From Lytechinus pictus (taxonomy: Eukaryota): a stretch of DNA of 64,000 nucleotides. Made by a program: the position numbers and the translations under genes. The notes under the pieces are model-generated. The model saw only the letters and a program-made list of their open reading frames with translations. It was not told the DNA's origin and made no database searches. The stretch spans positions 13,578,001 through 13,642,000 of the forward strand of contig NC_087246.1 of NCBI RefSeq assembly GCF_037042905.1. The letters run 5' to 3'. Below, piece by piece: positions 62,204-64,000 of this stretch; positions within the stretch are counted from its first letter, which is position 1, and each line of letters starts with the position of its first letter.

Positions 62204-62507
62204 GATTGATAGATATTACAAGTAGGGTACTGTGAGAAGAAGAGTATATGATGCAATGGAAAATCTGGATACAAGTTGACCTGAAGTTGTTATCCTGTTG
62301 TTATTAATCCTCCAACAACTACAAAATGAGCAGAGGTTTTTTAAAGATATATAGGAATGATAACTTCAAGTCAACAATTTGCATTCACTGATAACTCCAG
62401 GTCAATTATTTGATAATAACAAGAACTTCAGGTCAACTTCAATCCAGAGTTTCCATACATCAAAGACTCTTCTTCTCAGAGTACCATACTCGTAATATTT
62501 ACCAATC
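62204..62507. repeat. Fold-back inverted repeat (about 85-bp arms), probable MITE
   Basis: GATTGATAGATATTACAAGTAGGGTACTGTGAGAAGAAGAGT...AAGTTGACCTGAAGTT pairs with AACTTCAGGTCAACTT...ACTCTTCTTCTCAGAGTACCATACTCGTAATATTTACCAATC. Confidence 0.75.
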
Positions 62508-63145
62508 GTTTCATTTCTTTGGAAGGATACGCAGTATAAATCCATTATGTCAAAGACTCTTATCACATGTACTGTTCTTAATCATTTTAACAAGTTTTTG
62601 GTATATCACATATTCATTCTTTTTAGTGTATTTATCAAATAACTTGTGACTTTGAAATTGACAGAATTCTGCTTCTACATTTTAGCCATGCAAAGTACAT
62701 TAAAGACATGCATATTGGTATGGCATACCCAACATCCATCTCCTCATGAAATAAAAATAGATAATCAGTGGATGGCGTCACTAGTTCCCTCATGTGCATA
62801 ATAACCAGGATATGAATTTCACTGCTTGTAAAATGAAGCGAACATTATTAATTTCCTAACTTTATTATGTTTACATTTTGATGACTTTTTCATTATTTTG
62901 ATTTTAATCTTTTTATTCAAATCAACTTTGTATTTGGGTTGAATCGCTGTTTAAATCAAATTTATACATGAAAAGGAAAAAACAAATGTGAAACAAAAGT
63001 GCTATACTGTCTGACTGTGCAACTAGTAAAATAGTAAAGGTAAAAATGGAGTGTGTTACATTGAATAAGTTTCGACTGATCTCGTAACATTACAACAACA
63101 GACGTTACTCTAGAGAAATTTGTTTTTAGAATGAAATTTTAATAA

Positions 63146-64000
63146 AATAATAATAATAATAATGTACATTTATATAACGCTTATTACCGTAGTTTCTAAG
63201 CGCTTAACATTTATAACTTAACGCAATACATGTATACGGATTATGAAGAGCATAATAAATTATATTGCATTACGTTGCATAATATTACATTAAATTACAT
63301 TATATTACAATTACTTTGCAAAACATTATAATAAGTAATTAAAGAAAACAGATGGGGTGACATGGAATCAGTGAATCGAACTACAGTCCATTGAATAGAT
63401 ATGTTTTGAGTCTGATTTTGAAGGTGTCTACAGAAGGAGAATCACGGATTATTGCTGGGAGATCGTTCCAAAGCTTGGGGGCACACACACAGAAAGCACG
63501 GTCACCGTAGCGTGTCTTAGTACGTGGACCTGGTGCTAGCTGTAAGTGAATTGATGATGATGAACGGAGCCGGATGGAAGTGGTCTGCGTCTTGGGCTTG
63601 ATGAGTTCTTTGATGTACGATGGTGCGAGTCCATTGAACCCCTTGTAGGTTAGAAGAAGAATCTTGAACTGAATACGTTTGGAATAGGAAGCCAGTGAAG
63701 TGAACGAATAATAGAAGTAATGTGCTCGTGCTTTCTAGTGCGTGTGATTAGACGTGCGGCTGTGTTCTGGATGTGCTGGAGTTTAGACAAGTGAGATGCA
63801 GGCAAGTTGATCAACAGACTATTACAATAGTCAATCTGCGAAGTAACATTGACCAGTCTCTCAGTGGATTTTTTTTCAAGGTACTTTCGGAGTTTCCCTA
63901 TTCTATGGATGCCGAATGAAGCAGCTCTGCAGATCTTCTGGATGTGTTGTTTCATGCAGAGTTTACCGTCCACTACAACCCCAAGGTCCTTAGAGCATTC
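63146..64000 (-). mobile_element. L2/CR1-group LINE 3' end (ORF2 C-terminus, frameshifted)
   Basis: IDYCNSLL...LQHIQNTAARLI...HITSIIRSLHWLP, then a frameshift to RIQFKILLLTYK..GLAPSY...GDRAF...APKLWNDLP...FK..LKTYLF. AAGCGCTT 3' motif and (ATT)n tail. Confidence 0.88.

Noticed and set aside
59635-63145. Further linker, LRR or 7TM exons of pseudogene C
   Set aside because: I could not recognise any. They may be deleted, too decayed or beyond the window.

Overview
AT-rich, intron-containing eukaryotic DNA. The multi-SRCR genes and the repeat types suggest a marine invertebrate deuterostome such as a sea urchin (inference). Hand assembly of exons from splice sites and reading phase gives a three-member cluster of receptors with the architecture signal peptide - 4x SRCR - Cys-rich cap - LRRs - LGR/GRL101-type class A 7TM domain. 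Gene A (27216-47830, minus) is complete: 19 coding exons, 3417 nt, 1138 aa. Gene B (start codon at 11117, minus) has the same exon plan and runs off the left edge. Gene C (54070 to at least 59634, plus, head-to-head with A) is a pseudogene with stops, frameshifts and a MITE inside an SRCR exon. Between A and B sits an intact, very young 8.9-kb Ty3/Gypsy LTR retrotransposon (14510-23434). It has 494-bp LTRs differing at one base, an ATAC target-site duplication, a -1 frameshift signal and an atypical HHDD reverse-transcriptase motif. The rest is a tRNA-derived SINE, LINE fragments, a degraded second Gypsy fragment, several MITE families, microsatellites and a 149-nt assembly gap. All coordinates were read by eye and no database searches were run.
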